A stretch of 64,000 bases of DNA from Gammaproteobacteria bacterium (GTDB lineage Bacteria > Pseudomonadota > Gammaproteobacteria > Ga0077554 > Ga007554). The stretch's first letter is position 1. Each line of letters opens with the position of its first letter. Location: the NCBI GenBank assembly GCA_021731145.1, contig JAKFXX010000026.1, forward strand, positions 11,196-75,195. Direction: 5' to 3'. Of the stretch, positions 9,859-19,948 are shown piece by piece. The translations under genes were made by a program, and so were the position numbers. The notes under the pieces were generated by a model, which worked only from the letters and a program-made list of their open reading frames with translations, was not told the origin of the DNA and did no database searches.

Positions 9859-10908
9859 TCAGCCAAGCTTCGCCGTCCTGCTCGATGCGCGCAGCGCCTT
9901 GGTTTCTATCCATTTCTTCACGCGATTGGCATCACCAATACGCGTATACGTGCCCTGTGAATCGAGCAGCACGATAATCACCGGTTGCTGCGCTATCCGC
10001 GCCTGCATCACCAGACAGCGGCCCGCCTCGTTGATATATCCCGTTTTGCTCAGGCCAATGTCCCAGTTGTCGTTCTTTATCAGGGCGTTGGTGTTTCTGA
10101 AATGCGCGGGCAGAGAGTGCTCATTGAGCGCCACGTCGTAGGATTCTGAGGTGCTGAAGTGGCGGATCAGCGGATACTGGTAAGCGGCCTTGACCATTTT
10201 GACTAAATCCTGCGCAGTGGCGCTATTCTCGGCATGTAATCCGGTGGGGTCGATAAAGCGGCTTTGCGTCATCCCGATCTCGCGCGCCTTGCGGTTCATG
10301 GCCTCGACGAATGCGCGGCGGCCACCCGGATAGGCGCGTGAAAGCGCGGATGCGGCGCGATTTTCCGAGGACATCAGCGCCAGATGCAGCATGTCCTCAC
10401 GGCTGAGCACGGAGTCAACCGGCAATCTGGAACTCGATCCCCGCAGCATGTCGATATCATCCCCGGTGACCATCAGCGGCTCATTCATGGGCAGATTAGC
10501 GTCAAGAACGACCATCGCCGTCATCAGTTTGGTGAGCGAGGCGATCGGGCTTCTTACGTCAGAATGCTTGGCGTAAATGGTTTTCTCGTCCTCCTGGCCA
10601 ACCACTAGCGCCACGGATGACATCAGCACCAGGCTACCGTCATCACTGCGCGCAACCGCATATCTGTGCGATCTCGCCTTCCGCACATGCTTGACCCGCG
10701 TGACATGCCTGACGTCAGACTTGGCGTGGCGGACATGCTTTCGTTTTACAGCTTTAACCGCTACCTTTTTGACGGCGGGTTTATGATGACCCGTTGCAAC
10801 AACGGTGGGTTTCTTTACATGGGCATGTTTATGTGCGACAGCCTCGCCCGCCATAGAGAACGCGGATGCGCAGATCAACGCGACGGCAACCAACCATTTA
10901 GTGAACAT
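9859..10908 (-). CDS. pbpG: D-alanyl-D-alanine endopeptidase PBP7 (peptidase S11)
   Basis: SxxK (IASLTKLMT), SEN and LSKTGYINEAGRCLVM motifs; basic His/Lys-rich N-terminal extension. Confidence 0.88.
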   Translation of the reverse strand: MFTKWLVAVALICASAFSMAGEAVAHKHAHVKKPTVVATGHHKPAVKKVAVKAVKRKHVRHAKSDVRHVTRVKHVRKARSHRYAVARSDDGSLVLMSSVALVVGQEDEKTIYAKHSDVRSPIASLTKLMTAMVVLDANLPMNEPLMVTGDDIDMLRGSSSRLPVDSVLSREDMLHLALMSSENRAASALSRAYPGGRRAFVEAMNRKAREIGMTQSRFIDPTGLHAENSATAQDLVKMVKAAYQYPLIRHFSTSESYDVALNEHSLPAHFRNTNALIKNDNWDIGLSKTGYINEAGRCLVMQARIAQQPVIIVLLDSQGTYTRIGDANRVKKWIETKALRASSRTAKLG

Positions 10909-11122
10909 AACCTGATACCCCTTGAATCCGCTGGCGCGCCCGTACCGGAACCTGCGAAAATACTTTGCAACTCGCGCCTAAGCACATTAAAAATCGAATA
11001 ATAAATTAATCTTAGCCTTACCTGGCAAGTCGCGCAATATACGCGCCTGACAAAATCAAAACAACATTCCCGCCCATTTCCCTGGCTTGCTACAATGTCT
11101 TGTATCAATACCTTGGATTACC

Positions 11123-12283
11123 ATGTTCAATTTCACCGCCCTGCCGCCGCTCTCCCTGTACGTACACATGCCCTGGTGCGTCCGCAAGTGCCCGTATTGC
11201 GATTTCAATTCACACGAGACCAAGGACGCCCTTCCCGAGGCCGAATACATCACGGCATTGATCGCCGATCTTGAGCAGGAGCTGCCGTCGGTGTGGGGGC
11301 GCTCTATTGAAAGCATATTCATCGGCGGCGGAACGCCCAGCCTGTTTTCGCCCGCAGCCTTCGACCGTCTGTTTTCTGAAATTCGCGCGCGACTGCCCTG
11401 TAAGCCCGGCATCGAGATCACCATGGAGGCCAATCCCGGCACTTGGGAATACGGCAAATTCCGCGAATTCCGCGCCGTTGGCGTCAATCGTTTGTCGCTC
11501 GGCATACAAAGTTTCGACACTGGAATGCTGCAAAAGTTAGGACGCATCCATGGCGCGCGCGAGGCGTTTACTGCTGCGGAAACCGCACATGCCGCCGGTT
11601 TTGACAACTTCAATCTTGACCTGATGTTTGGCCTGCCCGGCCAATCCATTGAGCAGGCGCTGGCCGACATCAGGAACGCCATCGCCCTGCAACCAGCGCA
11701 TATTTCCCTGTACCAGCTCACCCTTGAGCCGAATACCGCCTTTTACGTTAATCCCCCCGCATTGCCGGAGGATGACGCACTGTGGGATATGCAGGAACAA
11801 TGCCAAAGCCAGCTCGCAACCCACGGTTACCGGCAATACGAGGTATCCGCCTACGCCCAGCCCGGCCATGAATGCCGCCACAATCTGAATTATTGGCGTT
11901 TCGGCGATTACTTGGGCATAGGTGCAGGGGCGCATGGCAAGATCAGTGATGCGCAGCACCAACGCATCACCCGTAGCTGGAAAGTCAAAAACCCGCGAGA
12001 TTACTTGCTCAAGGCGGCCACCCCAGCGCGCATCGGCGGAACACAACCACTGAAGCGCAACGATGTCGGCCTGGAATTCATGATGAACGCCCTGCGCCTC
12101 ACTGATGGCTTTCCGGTGGCGTTATTTGCTGAGCATACCGGACAGCCGATTTCCATCGTGAAGCAAGGGTTGCAGCAGGCGGAAGAAAAAGGACTGATCG
12201 AATGGGACATCCACACCATCCGTCCCACTGAGCTGGGCAGGCGCTTTCTGAATGATTTGTTAGGTCTGTTTCTGATAGAGTGA
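11123..12283 (+). CDS. hemW: radical SAM heme chaperone HemW (YggW)
   Basis: LSLYVHMPWCVRKCPYCDFNSH, IFIGGGTPS, HNLNYW. Confidence 0.95.
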   Translation: MFNFTALPPLSLYVHMPWCVRKCPYCDFNSHETKDALPEAEYITALIADLEQELPSVWGRSIESIFIGGGTPSLFSPAAFDRLFSEIRARLPCKPGIEITMEANPGTWEYGKFREFRAVGVNRLSLGIQSFDTGMLQKLGRIHGAREAFTAAETAHAAGFDNFNLDLMFGLPGQSIEQALADIRNAIALQPAHISLYQLTLEPNTAFYVNPPALPEDDALWDMQEQCQSQLATHGYRQYEVSAYAQPGHECRHNLNYWRFGDYLGIGAGAHGKISDAQHQRITRSWKVKNPRDYLLKAATPARIGGTQPLKRNDVGLEFMMNALRLTDGFPVALFAEHTGQPISIVKQGLQQAEEKGLIEWDIHTIRPTELGRRFLNDLLGLFLIE

Positions 12284-12320
12284 GAGACTGTTATATCATT
12301 TACGTTAACGAGGAGCGGGT

Positions 12321-12701
12321 ATGAGTTACAACATAACTCTCTCAGAAAATGAGAAGTACATAGTCTGCGTGGTGGCGGACCCGATGACTGTGGATATCGC
12401 GCGCGAGTTCACGAAGGAGCTGGACGGTTTAGGCCGCGCCAAAAATATCAAACGGTTTCTAACTGATGTTCGTAGCGCTCCAAACATGTCGAATACTTTT
12501 CAGAACTACGAATTTGCATATTTCGATATGAAAGGCCTTAACCTCCAGCGAGACGTGCGCGCTGTAATCCTGGCAGACCCAGCCGATAGAACTCATGACT
12601 TCGTGGAAACGACCACGCAAAACGCTGGGTACAATGTGCGAATATTTTATGACGAAAATGCCGCAATTGCATGGCTCAATGAGGAAATGAATGCCTCATA
12701 A
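12321..12701 (+). CDS. hypothetical protein (SpoIIAA/STAS-like)
   Basis: GAGGAG RBS; FLTDVR, FVETTTQNAGYNVRIFYDENAAIAWL resembles SpoIIAA-like small proteins; more AT-rich than flanks. Confidence 0.7.
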   Translation: MSYNITLSENEKYIVCVVADPMTVDIAREFTKELDGLGRAKNIKRFLTDVRSAPNMSNTFQNYEFAYFDMKGLNLQRDVRAVILADPADRTHDFVETTTQNAGYNVRIFYDENAAIAWLNEEMNAS

Positions 12702-12750
12702 GCCGCCCCTCTAAAAAATTGAAACGCGCCACATCAACATACAACATCTA

Positions 12751-13611
12751 ATGCCAACACAAACTATGTCTACTGTCATACTCCAAGGCTCCAATCTCAC
12801 CAAAGACACCGCCCGCGCCATCGCCGCTCAGCTACATTGCGACATTGACCATGGTAGCGGCTATTACAGGCTGCGTTCAGAAGCGCCCATTGCCGCCGAA
12901 GCCGTAGCGGCGCTGCGTGCCACTTCCAATATCGATATCAATTTACTGCCACAGGACTTCCGTCCCGATCAGGTGCGCCTGCTGGTCACCGATATGGACT
13001 CCACGCTGATCAACATCGAATGCATCGACGAGATCGCGGACTTCATTGGTGTCAAACCCCAAGTCTCCGCCATCACATCCGCGACGATGCGTGGCGAGAT
13101 CAATTTCGAGACCTCGCTCACCCAGCGTGTCGCTCTGCTGGCAGGCCTGCACGCAGATGCGCTGGAGCACGTCTACAACGAGCGCCTGAGGCCCAATCCC
13201 GGCGCTGAACAGATGATCGCCGGTCTGCGCGCCCAGGGCATCAAGATTGGCCTGGTCTCCGGCGGCTTCACCTTCTTCACCGAACGCCTCAAGGATCGCC
13301 TCAACCTCGACTATGCCCGCGCCAATGTGCTGGAGATTATTGATGGCCGCCTCACTGGGCGCATCCTTGGCGACATCACCGGCGCGGCAGGCAAGGCCGA
13401 ATTCCTGCTGGATTTGTGCAAGCAGCTCAACATCTCGCCCGCCCAAGCCGTGGCGGTGGGCGACGGCGCCAACGACCTGGAAATGATGAAAACCGCCGGA
13501 TTCAGCATCGCCTACCACGCCAAACCCACTGTGCAGGCACAGGCCGGGGCGGTGCTTAATCATTGCGGGCTGGAGGGGGTGCTGGGGTTGCTGGATATTG
13601 CGGATAGCTAG
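12751..13611 (+). CDS. serB: phosphoserine phosphatase
   Basis: HAD motif DMDSTLINIECIDEIA, VSGGF, AVGDGANDL. Confidence 0.95.
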   Translation: MPTQTMSTVILQGSNLTKDTARAIAAQLHCDIDHGSGYYRLRSEAPIAAEAVAALRATSNIDINLLPQDFRPDQVRLLVTDMDSTLINIECIDEIADFIGVKPQVSAITSATMRGEINFETSLTQRVALLAGLHADALEHVYNERLRPNPGAEQMIAGLRAQGIKIGLVSGGFTFFTERLKDRLNLDYARANVLEIIDGRLTGRILGDITGAAGKAEFLLDLCKQLNISPAQAVAVGDGANDLEMMKTAGFSIAYHAKPTVQAQAGAVLNHCGLEGVLGLLDIADS

Positions 13612-13638
13612 GCGCCAGAGAATTGAGCATGCTGGCAA

Positions 13639-13730
13639 ATGGCCGAGCTAATCGAGCTCGAAGCGGAGCGCCTTCGTATGCGTCAGTGGAAGTTCTCTGA
13701 CCCTGAGCCATTTGCCACGCTCAACTCAAG
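13639..13730 (+). pseudogene. N-terminal remnant of a RimL/GNAT acetyltransferase
   Basis: MAELIELEAERLRMRQWKFSDPEPFATLNS matches GNAT N-termini (ETERLxLRxW...D...F..LN), then runs into a REP pair. Confidence 0.6.
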
Positions 13731-13746
13731 ACCCAAGAGTCTTGCA

Positions 13747-13829
13747 GCAAGCCCGGATGGAGTAACACGCAATCCGGGATGCGACGGAGTGGCGATCCCC
13801 GGATTACGCTATCGCTTCATCCGGGCTAC
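13747..13829. repeat. GTAG-type REP doublet (REPIN-like)
   Basis: GCAAGCCCGGATG...AATCCGGG paired with CCCGGATTACG...CATCCGGGCTAC (reverse complement begins GTAGCCCGGATG). Confidence 0.85.
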
Positions 13830-13857
13830 TCGCTGCTCGCTCCCCTGATAATCGAGA

Positions 13858-14211
13858 CTAAAGAATATCCAGCACAGCCTCCGGCGGGCGCCCCACCGCT
13901 GCCTTGCCATCAACCACCACGATGGGCCGTTCTATGAGGATGGGATGCGCAATCATGGCGGCAATCATCTCATCACGTGTCAACTCTGGATCATCCAGCC
14001 CCGCCTCCTTGTATACTGCCTCTTGCTTGCGCATCAAATCGCGCGGCGTCATGCCAAGGAGGGAAAGAATCTTTTTCAACCCGGTTGTGCTGGGTGGGTT
14101 TTTCAGGTATTCGATGACGAGCGGCTCGATGCCTTTGTCCCGCAAAAGCTGGAGCGTTTGTCGTGATTTGCTACAATGCGGATTATGGTAGATGGTGACG
14201 TCGGCGCGCAT
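13858..14211 (-). CDS. arsC: arsenate reductase, glutaredoxin-coupled ArsC family
   Basis: IYHNPHCSKSR, HPILIERPIV, GRPPE. Confidence 0.88.
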   Translation of the reverse strand: MRADVTIYHNPHCSKSRQTLQLLRDKGIEPLVIEYLKNPPSTTGLKKILSLLGMTPRDLMRKQEAVYKEAGLDDPELTRDEMIAAMIAHPILIERPIVVVDGKAAVGRPPEAVLDIL

Positions 14212-14278
14212 GGCGGTTATCCCGGAAGTTTGAATGGGTCATTTTATCAGGCGTGCCGCCCTTAGATGAGATAAGTTT

Positions 14279-14656
14279 ATGAGCAGTGATTACAACGTGC
14301 AGGTCCAGACGGAATCCTTCTACATCGAGGATCAGTCTATCCCGGAGCGGGATCAGTATGTGTTTGCCTACCGCATCACCATTCGCAATGCCGGGGAGGT
14401 GGCGGCCAAGCTCATGACCCGTCACTGGGTTATCACCGATGCCAATGGCAAGGTGCAGGAAGTACGCGGCGAAGGGGTGGTCGGCGAGCAGCCGCATCTT
14501 AAGCCGGGCGATGAATTCCAGTACACCAGCGGTGCGATTATCGAAACCCCGGTCGGCACGATGGAGGGTAGTTATCGGATGGTCGCCGATGACGGTGGGC
14601 GTTTCGACGCGGAAATTTCGCCATTCACGCTCGCCGCGCCACGCGTATTGCACTAA
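14279..14656 (+). CDS. apaG: ApaG (CorD) protein
   Basis: YVFAYRITIRN, RHWVITD, GEGVVGEQP, TPVGTMEGSY. Confidence 0.96.
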   Translation: MSSDYNVQVQTESFYIEDQSIPERDQYVFAYRITIRNAGEVAAKLMTRHWVITDANGKVQEVRGEGVVGEQPHLKPGDEFQYTSGAIIETPVGTMEGSYRMVADDGGRFDAEISPFTLAAPRVLH

Positions 14657-14725
14657 AACATCCGGATTAAATGGACGAGGCCGTTGATTTCATGATAAAA
14701 ACCTTAACTCCCGCAGCGAATTGAG

Positions 14726-15034
14726 ATGACCATGCACAACTTCCCCTGCCCGCGCTGCCAAGCACACAGCATTACCCTCAAAGACAAGTTCCGTGCGGGG
14801 TTGTGGGTGCCTATCTTTTGCAGCAATTGTGGCGCGAAACTGACAGCGCTGCCGATTTTACTGGGGCTGCTGCACGCTATTTATGTCTGGAACGTTCTGT
14901 GGCTTTATGCCACCTACAAGTTCGACCTCACCGTATGGTGGTACCCCATCGTAATGGTGGAGTGGGCGGTACTTGAGCTGTTAAGCATCTGGTACATGCC
15001 ACTCGCCGTATTGCGATCCGAGCCCCGCCAATAA
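14726..15034 (+). CDS. small membrane protein with N-terminal zinc ribbon
   Basis: CPRC...CSNC followed by two hydrophobic segments. Confidence 0.7.
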   Translation: MTMHNFPCPRCQAHSITLKDKFRAGLWVPIFCSNCGAKLTALPILLGLLHAIYVWNVLWLYATYKFDLTVWWYPIVMVEWAVLELLSIWYMPLAVLRSEPRQ

Positions 15035-15048
15035 GCCCGTCCTGACCC

Positions 15049-15912
15049 ATGGCACGGATACTCGGTGTCGGCATCGCCACCCTGGACATTATCAATACCG
15101 TGGATGGCCTTCCCGCAGAAGATAGCGAGGTGCGGGCTTTAACCCAGCGTATATGCCGTGGTGGCAACGCCACCAATACCCTGGTAGTGCTGAGCCAGCT
15201 TGGGCACGCATGCGCCTGGGGCGGCGTGCTGGCGGACGAGCCCGACGGCACGCGCATCCTCGATGATCTCGCCCGTTACCGCATTGATACGAGCGCCTGC
15301 CGTTTGGAGGCGCAGGGCAAGGTGCCGACCTCGTACATTGCACTGAACCGGCGCAACGGTTCGCGCACCATCATCCATTACCGCGACCTCCCCGAATACA
15401 GCTTTGCTGACTTCAGCCGCATCGACCTGTCCGGTTTTGGCTGGCTGCACTTCGAAGGCCGCGCCGTTGATGAGGCACGTCGCATGTTGGAACTGGCCCG
15501 CGCGGAAGCGCCCCACACCCCGCGTTCGGTCGAGATCGAAAAACCACGGCCAGCCATCGAGAGTCTGTTTCCCCTTGCCGATGTACTGCTGTTTTCGCGC
15601 AACTATGCCCGGTCATGTGGCATTGAAGATGCCGGCGCCTTTTTGTATCACGCACGCGGTCTGGCACCCCATGCCGATCTGGTATGTGCCTGGGGCGATG
15701 AGGGGGCGTATGGCCTGACACGGGACGGAACGGCATACCACAGCCCTGCCTTTCCTCAGGCCGTGGTGGTTGACACTCTTGGCGCGGGCGACACCTTCAA
15801 TGCGGGCATCATTCATGCCCGCTTGAACGGTTTCATCTGGGAGCGAGCCTTACGATTCGCCTGCGAGCTTGCGGGCAAGAAGTGCGGACGGGTAGGGCTT
15901 GATGTTGGTTAG
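15049..15912 (+). CDS. PfkB-family kinase, ketohexokinase-like
   Basis: RGGNATNT, WLHFEGR, SVEIEKPR, CAWGDEGA, VVDTLGAGDTFNAG. Confidence 0.85.
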   Translation: MARILGVGIATLDIINTVDGLPAEDSEVRALTQRICRGGNATNTLVVLSQLGHACAWGGVLADEPDGTRILDDLARYRIDTSACRLEAQGKVPTSYIALNRRNGSRTIIHYRDLPEYSFADFSRIDLSGFGWLHFEGRAVDEARRMLELARAEAPHTPRSVEIEKPRPAIESLFPLADVLLFSRNYARSCGIEDAGAFLYHARGLAPHADLVCAWGDEGAYGLTRDGTAYHSPAFPQAVVVDTLGAGDTFNAGIIHARLNGFIWERALRFACELAGKKCGRVGLDVG

Positions 15913-15947
15913 CCAGCCCCTTGAGAAACGCACGGGCTTGGCTAACC
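15907..15947. terminator. imperfect inverted repeat between convergent genes
   Basis: GGTTAGCCAGCCC ... GGGCTTGGCTAACC. Confidence 0.45.
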
Positions 15948-15969
15948 GGGCTTCAGCGTCTTCCTGCTG

Positions 15970-17361
15970 TTACTTCTGCGCAGCCGAGCGGCCCACGACT
16001 ACCGTCACCATCTTGTCAGGTTGAACGCGCCGCTTGAAGGCATCCTGAATTTGCGGCAGGGTGATAGCGTCCACCTTGGCGATAAAGGTATCCAGGTAGT
16101 TCAACGGCATGTTGTAGAAACCGATCATGCCGATGTAATCGACGATCTTTTTGTTGGTGTCGATGCGCAGCGGAAAGCCGCCAGTGATGTTTTTCTTTGA
16201 GGCTTCGAGTTCCTTGGCGGTGGGGCCTTTTTCCACGAAAGTACGCAGCGTGTCGCGCATCACCTTGAGCGCCTCATCGGCCTGATCGGAACGGGTTTGC
16301 AAGCCCATGGTGAACGGTCCCCGGTCGCGCATCGGCATGAAATAGCTGTAAGCGCTATATGACAAGCCGCGTTTTTCGCGGACCTCCTCGCTCAGGCGTG
16401 ACACCAGCCCGCTGCCGCCCAGTGTGTGGTTGCCCACGTACAACGCGAAATAGTCGGGATCATTGCGGCTCATGCCCGGCTGGCCGGAGAGGATATGGGT
16501 TTGCGCTGAAGGGTACTCGATGTTGATGGCTTGGGATGCAGTCAAATCGCTCACCTTGGGCAAGGCAGGTGCGGACTCGCCTTCCGGCAGTTTGCCCACC
16601 AGTGTATCGGCCAGCGCTTGCGCCTGGGCACGGTCCAGCGCGCCAACGATGGCCACCACGGCATTGCGCGCCACATAGTAGCGGCTGTGGTGGTTGACGG
16701 CGTCATCGCGGGTGAGCGCATTGAGCGACTCCTCGGTGCCCAGCGGTGGCGCGCCATAGGGGTGATCACCATACATGGCCTTGTCGAACGCCTTGTCGGC
16801 AATGGCGTCCGGTGATTGCTGCTGCTGGCGCAGGCCGATCAGCATGCGCTTGCGCACACGCTCGAATGCGTCCTGCGGAAAGGTGGGCTGGCGCAGGATC
16901 AGCGCCAGCGTGTCGAGGGCCGGTTGCAGCACCTCCGGTTTGCGCAGGCTGCGCAGGCTGACCGTGGCGCTGTCCAGCTCGGCGGCGGTGGCGAATTGCG
17001 CGCCCAGATCGCCGAAGCGCTCCGCAATCTGGTCAGCGTTCAGATCGCCAGCGCCATCGTTAAGCAGGCTAGTGGTAAGTTGCGCCAGGCCACCCTTGCC
17101 GCCATTGCGCGCGCCGCCTGCGTCGAACATGATGCGCACATCGACTATCGGCAGCTCCGGCGCGGGCACGAAATAGACGCGCGCGCCGTTGGCGGTCTGC
17201 CATTGCTGGATCGCGGGGGCGGCACTGGCAAAGGGTGCAGGCAACAGGCTGAATACCGCGACAACCGCAAATACAGCAATTTTTCTTGCATTGTTGAACA
17301 TGGGGCGTTGCTTCCTGGGCTGGATGGTCATGAAATTGATCGTATTGCGATTAGCGGCCAT
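15970..17361 (-). CDS. M16 peptidase family protein, non-catalytic subunit
   Basis: Start after GGAGGAGG (alternative at 17301); no HxxEH; VREKRGLSYS; paired with the upstream M16 gene. Confidence 0.88.
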   Translation of the reverse strand: MAANRNTINFMTIQPRKQRPMFNNARKIAVFAVVAVFSLLPAPFASAAPAIQQWQTANGARVYFVPAPELPIVDVRIMFDAGGARNGGKGGLAQLTTSLLNDGAGDLNADQIAERFGDLGAQFATAAELDSATVSLRSLRKPEVLQPALDTLALILRQPTFPQDAFERVRKRMLIGLRQQQQSPDAIADKAFDKAMYGDHPYGAPPLGTEESLNALTRDDAVNHHSRYYVARNAVVAIVGALDRAQAQALADTLVGKLPEGESAPALPKVSDLTASQAINIEYPSAQTHILSGQPGMSRNDPDYFALYVGNHTLGGSGLVSRLSEEVREKRGLSYSAYSYFMPMRDRGPFTMGLQTRSDQADEALKVMRDTLRTFVEKGPTAKELEASKKNITGGFPLRIDTNKKIVDYIGMIGFYNMPLNYLDTFIAKVDAITLPQIQDAFKRRVQPDKMVTVVVGRSAAQK

Positions 17362-18733
17362 GGCGACCTCCTCCGGCGGGCATCGCACCATGTGCCGGTT
17401 TATCACTCATCGGTTGCGGATCGAGCACTGCCACGGTAAGGCCGTCATCGACAAGATATTTGCGCGCCACCTGCTGGATCTGTTCAGGGGTGATGGCGCT
17501 GAGCTTGTCCACATACTCATCGAGCAGTTTGGGATCCAGCCCCACTGTGACCAGCGTGCCGATCTGCATGGCCTGGTAAAACGGCGAGTCCAGTTCGTAG
17601 ACCTTGCTGGCGATGACCTGCGCCTTGATGCGGGCAAGCTCCTGCGCGCTCACCGGCTCGTCCTGTAGGCGCTTGATCTGGTCACGGATCGCCTGTTCCA
17701 GATCCGCCACGCTGTGATCCTGGGATGGCGTACCGGCGAAGTTGAATACATCCGCGCCGCGGTTATACATGTTGTAGCCCGCACCCGCCTCGGCGGCGAT
17801 TTGTGATCCGCGCACCAGCTCCTTGGCGAAGCGCGCGCTGTCACCGCCATCCAGCACACCGGCCAGCATCTCCAGCGCATAGGGCTCCCAGCTTTCCTTG
17901 GCGGTCTTGATGACCGGCACCTTGTAGCCCATCAGCAAATAAGGCAGCTCCGCCGGGGCCTTGACGGTGACGCGGCGCACCCCCTTTTGTTCTATTTCCT
18001 GACGCGGCTTGGTGGGGGTTATCTTGCTGGGCTTGAGCGGCCCGAAATACTGCTTGGCCAGTTTAAATACCTCGTCGGCCTTCACATCACCCACCACCAC
18101 GACCGTGGCGTTATTCGGGGCATACCATTTCTGGTACCACTCTCGCAGGTCTTCGGTGCGCAGATTTTCCAGGTCATCCATCCAGCCAATTACAGGGTGA
18201 CGATAGGGGCTGTTGACGAAAGCGGCGGCGGTGAACTGCTCCTGGGTCAGGGACTGCGGTTCATCGTCGGTGCGCAGACGGCGCTCCTCCATCACCACCT
18301 TGATCTCTTTGGCGAATTCCTCCGGCTGCAGCAGCAGGTTGCGCATGCGGTCCGCTTCCAGCGCGAAACTCACCTTGAGGCGGCTTTTCTCCATTTGCTG
18401 GAAATAGGCGGTGTAGTCCTGGCCGGTAAAGGCGTTTTCACGCCCGCCGTTGGCGGCGATGATGCGCGAAAACTCCCCCGCCGGACGCTTGGGGGTACCC
18501 TTGAACATCATGTGCTCCAGCACATGGGATACGCCGGTGATGCCGTCGTTCTCGTAGCTGCTGCCTACCCTGTACCAGACTTGCGACACCATCACCGGGG
18601 CGCGATGATCCTCTTTGACGATCACTCGCAAACCATTGTCCAGCGTGGTTTCGCGCAAAGCGTTCTCCGCCTGCGCGGATGGCAGGAGAGACAGACTGAG
18701 AAAGGAGGTGAGTAACAGGAAGCGTATCTGCAT
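17351..18733 (-). CDS. M16 zinc peptidase, catalytic subunit
   Basis: Signal peptide, GVSHVLEHMMFKGT (HxxEH), ENAFTGQDYTAY, VVMEERR; divergent from ftsY. Confidence 0.92.
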   Translation of the reverse strand: MQIRFLLLTSFLSLSLLPSAQAENALRETTLDNGLRVIVKEDHRAPVMVSQVWYRVGSSYENDGITGVSHVLEHMMFKGTPKRPAGEFSRIIAANGGRENAFTGQDYTAYFQQMEKSRLKVSFALEADRMRNLLLQPEEFAKEIKVVMEERRLRTDDEPQSLTQEQFTAAAFVNSPYRHPVIGWMDDLENLRTEDLREWYQKWYAPNNATVVVVGDVKADEVFKLAKQYFGPLKPSKITPTKPRQEIEQKGVRRVTVKAPAELPYLLMGYKVPVIKTAKESWEPYALEMLAGVLDGGDSARFAKELVRGSQIAAEAGAGYNMYNRGADVFNFAGTPSQDHSVADLEQAIRDQIKRLQDEPVSAQELARIKAQVIASKVYELDSPFYQAMQIGTLVTVGLDPKLLDEYVDKLSAITPEQIQQVARKYLVDDGLTVAVLDPQPMSDKPAHGAMPAGGGRHGR

Positions 18734-18862
18734 ATGATGTGGTCCTTGTTGTTGTCTTGAAGCTGGCAGCTTGCCAGGCTGAAACCGGGGCATGAATGAT
18801 GTTAGAATGTCCTGCATCATCACGCCTGATCTCAGACACTGAGCTTATTGACCGAGAATAAC

Positions 18863-19891
18863 ATGTTTGGTTTCCTGAAAAAAAAGGGCGACGATAAAAT
18901 TCCGCCCGATACGGCCGCCGCCCCGGACGTTGCAACGCCCGTTGAGCAGCCCGCCGGGCTATTTGATCGCCTGAAAAACCGCCTGACGCGCACCCGCCAG
19001 GGCCTGACCGAAGGTCTGGCCAGCCTGGTACTGGGCAAAAAGCAGATCGACGCGGAGGTGCTGGAAGACCTCGAAACCCGGTTGCTGAGCGCCGATGTCG
19101 GCGTGGACGCCACGCGCAAAATCATCGGTGATCTGACGGCACGGGTGGCGCGCAAGCAGCTCGCCGACGCCGATGCACTGTTTGGCGCGCTGCGCGAGGA
19201 TATGCTGGCGATTTTGCAGCCGTGCAGCACGCCCCTCGTGATTCCCGAGGGCGGCAAGACACCGTTTGTGCTGCTGATGGTGGGGATTAACGGCGCGGGC
19301 AAGACCACCACCATCGGCAAACTTGCCAAACGCTTTCAGAACCAGGGGCACTCCGTCATGCTCGCTGCGGGCGATACCTTCCGCGCCGCCGCAGTGGAAC
19401 AGTTGCAGGTCTGGGGTGAGCGTAACGGCATCCCGGTGATCGCCCAGAAACAGGGGGCCGATCCCGCCTCGGTGGCCTACGACGCCCTCCAGGCCGCCAA
19501 GGCGCGCGGCGTGGACGTGCTGATCGCCGACACGGCGGGCCGACTGCACACCCAGACCAACCTCATGGAAGAACTGAAAAAGATCAAACGCGTCATCGCC
19601 AAACTCGACCCCGACGCCCCTCATGAGGTGATGCTGGTGGTTGACGCCGGCATTGGCCAGAATGCGCTCAATCAGGCCCAGCAGTTCGGCCAGGCAGTGG
19701 GCCTGACCGGCATCACCCTCACCAAGCTGGACGGCACCGCCAAGGGTGGTATCATCTTCGCCATTGCGCAAAAGACGGGCCTGCCGATCCGCTTTATCGG
19801 CGTCGGCGAAGGCATCGACGATCTGCGCGAATTCGATGCCGCGGAATTTGTTGATGCGCTGCTGGGGGACGAAGGGGTGGCAAGAAAATAA
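18863..19891 (+). CDS. ftsY: SRP receptor FtsY
   Basis: GINGAGKTTTIGKLA, DTFRAAA, DTAGRL, TKLDGTAKGG. Confidence 0.98.
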   Translation: MFGFLKKKGDDKIPPDTAAAPDVATPVEQPAGLFDRLKNRLTRTRQGLTEGLASLVLGKKQIDAEVLEDLETRLLSADVGVDATRKIIGDLTARVARKQLADADALFGALREDMLAILQPCSTPLVIPEGGKTPFVLLMVGINGAGKTTTIGKLAKRFQNQGHSVMLAAGDTFRAAAVEQLQVWGERNGIPVIAQKQGADPASVAYDALQAAKARGVDVLIADTAGRLHTQTNLMEELKKIKRVIAKLDPDAPHEVMLVVDAGIGQNALNQAQQFGQAVGLTGITLTKLDGTAKGGIIFAIAQKTGLPIRFIGVGEGIDDLREFDAAEFVDALLGDEGVARK

Positions 19892-19948
19892 AGATGGACC
19901 TGATAGCCCTCGGTTCTATTTCTTCGTTTACTTGCTACTTTTGAAAAC

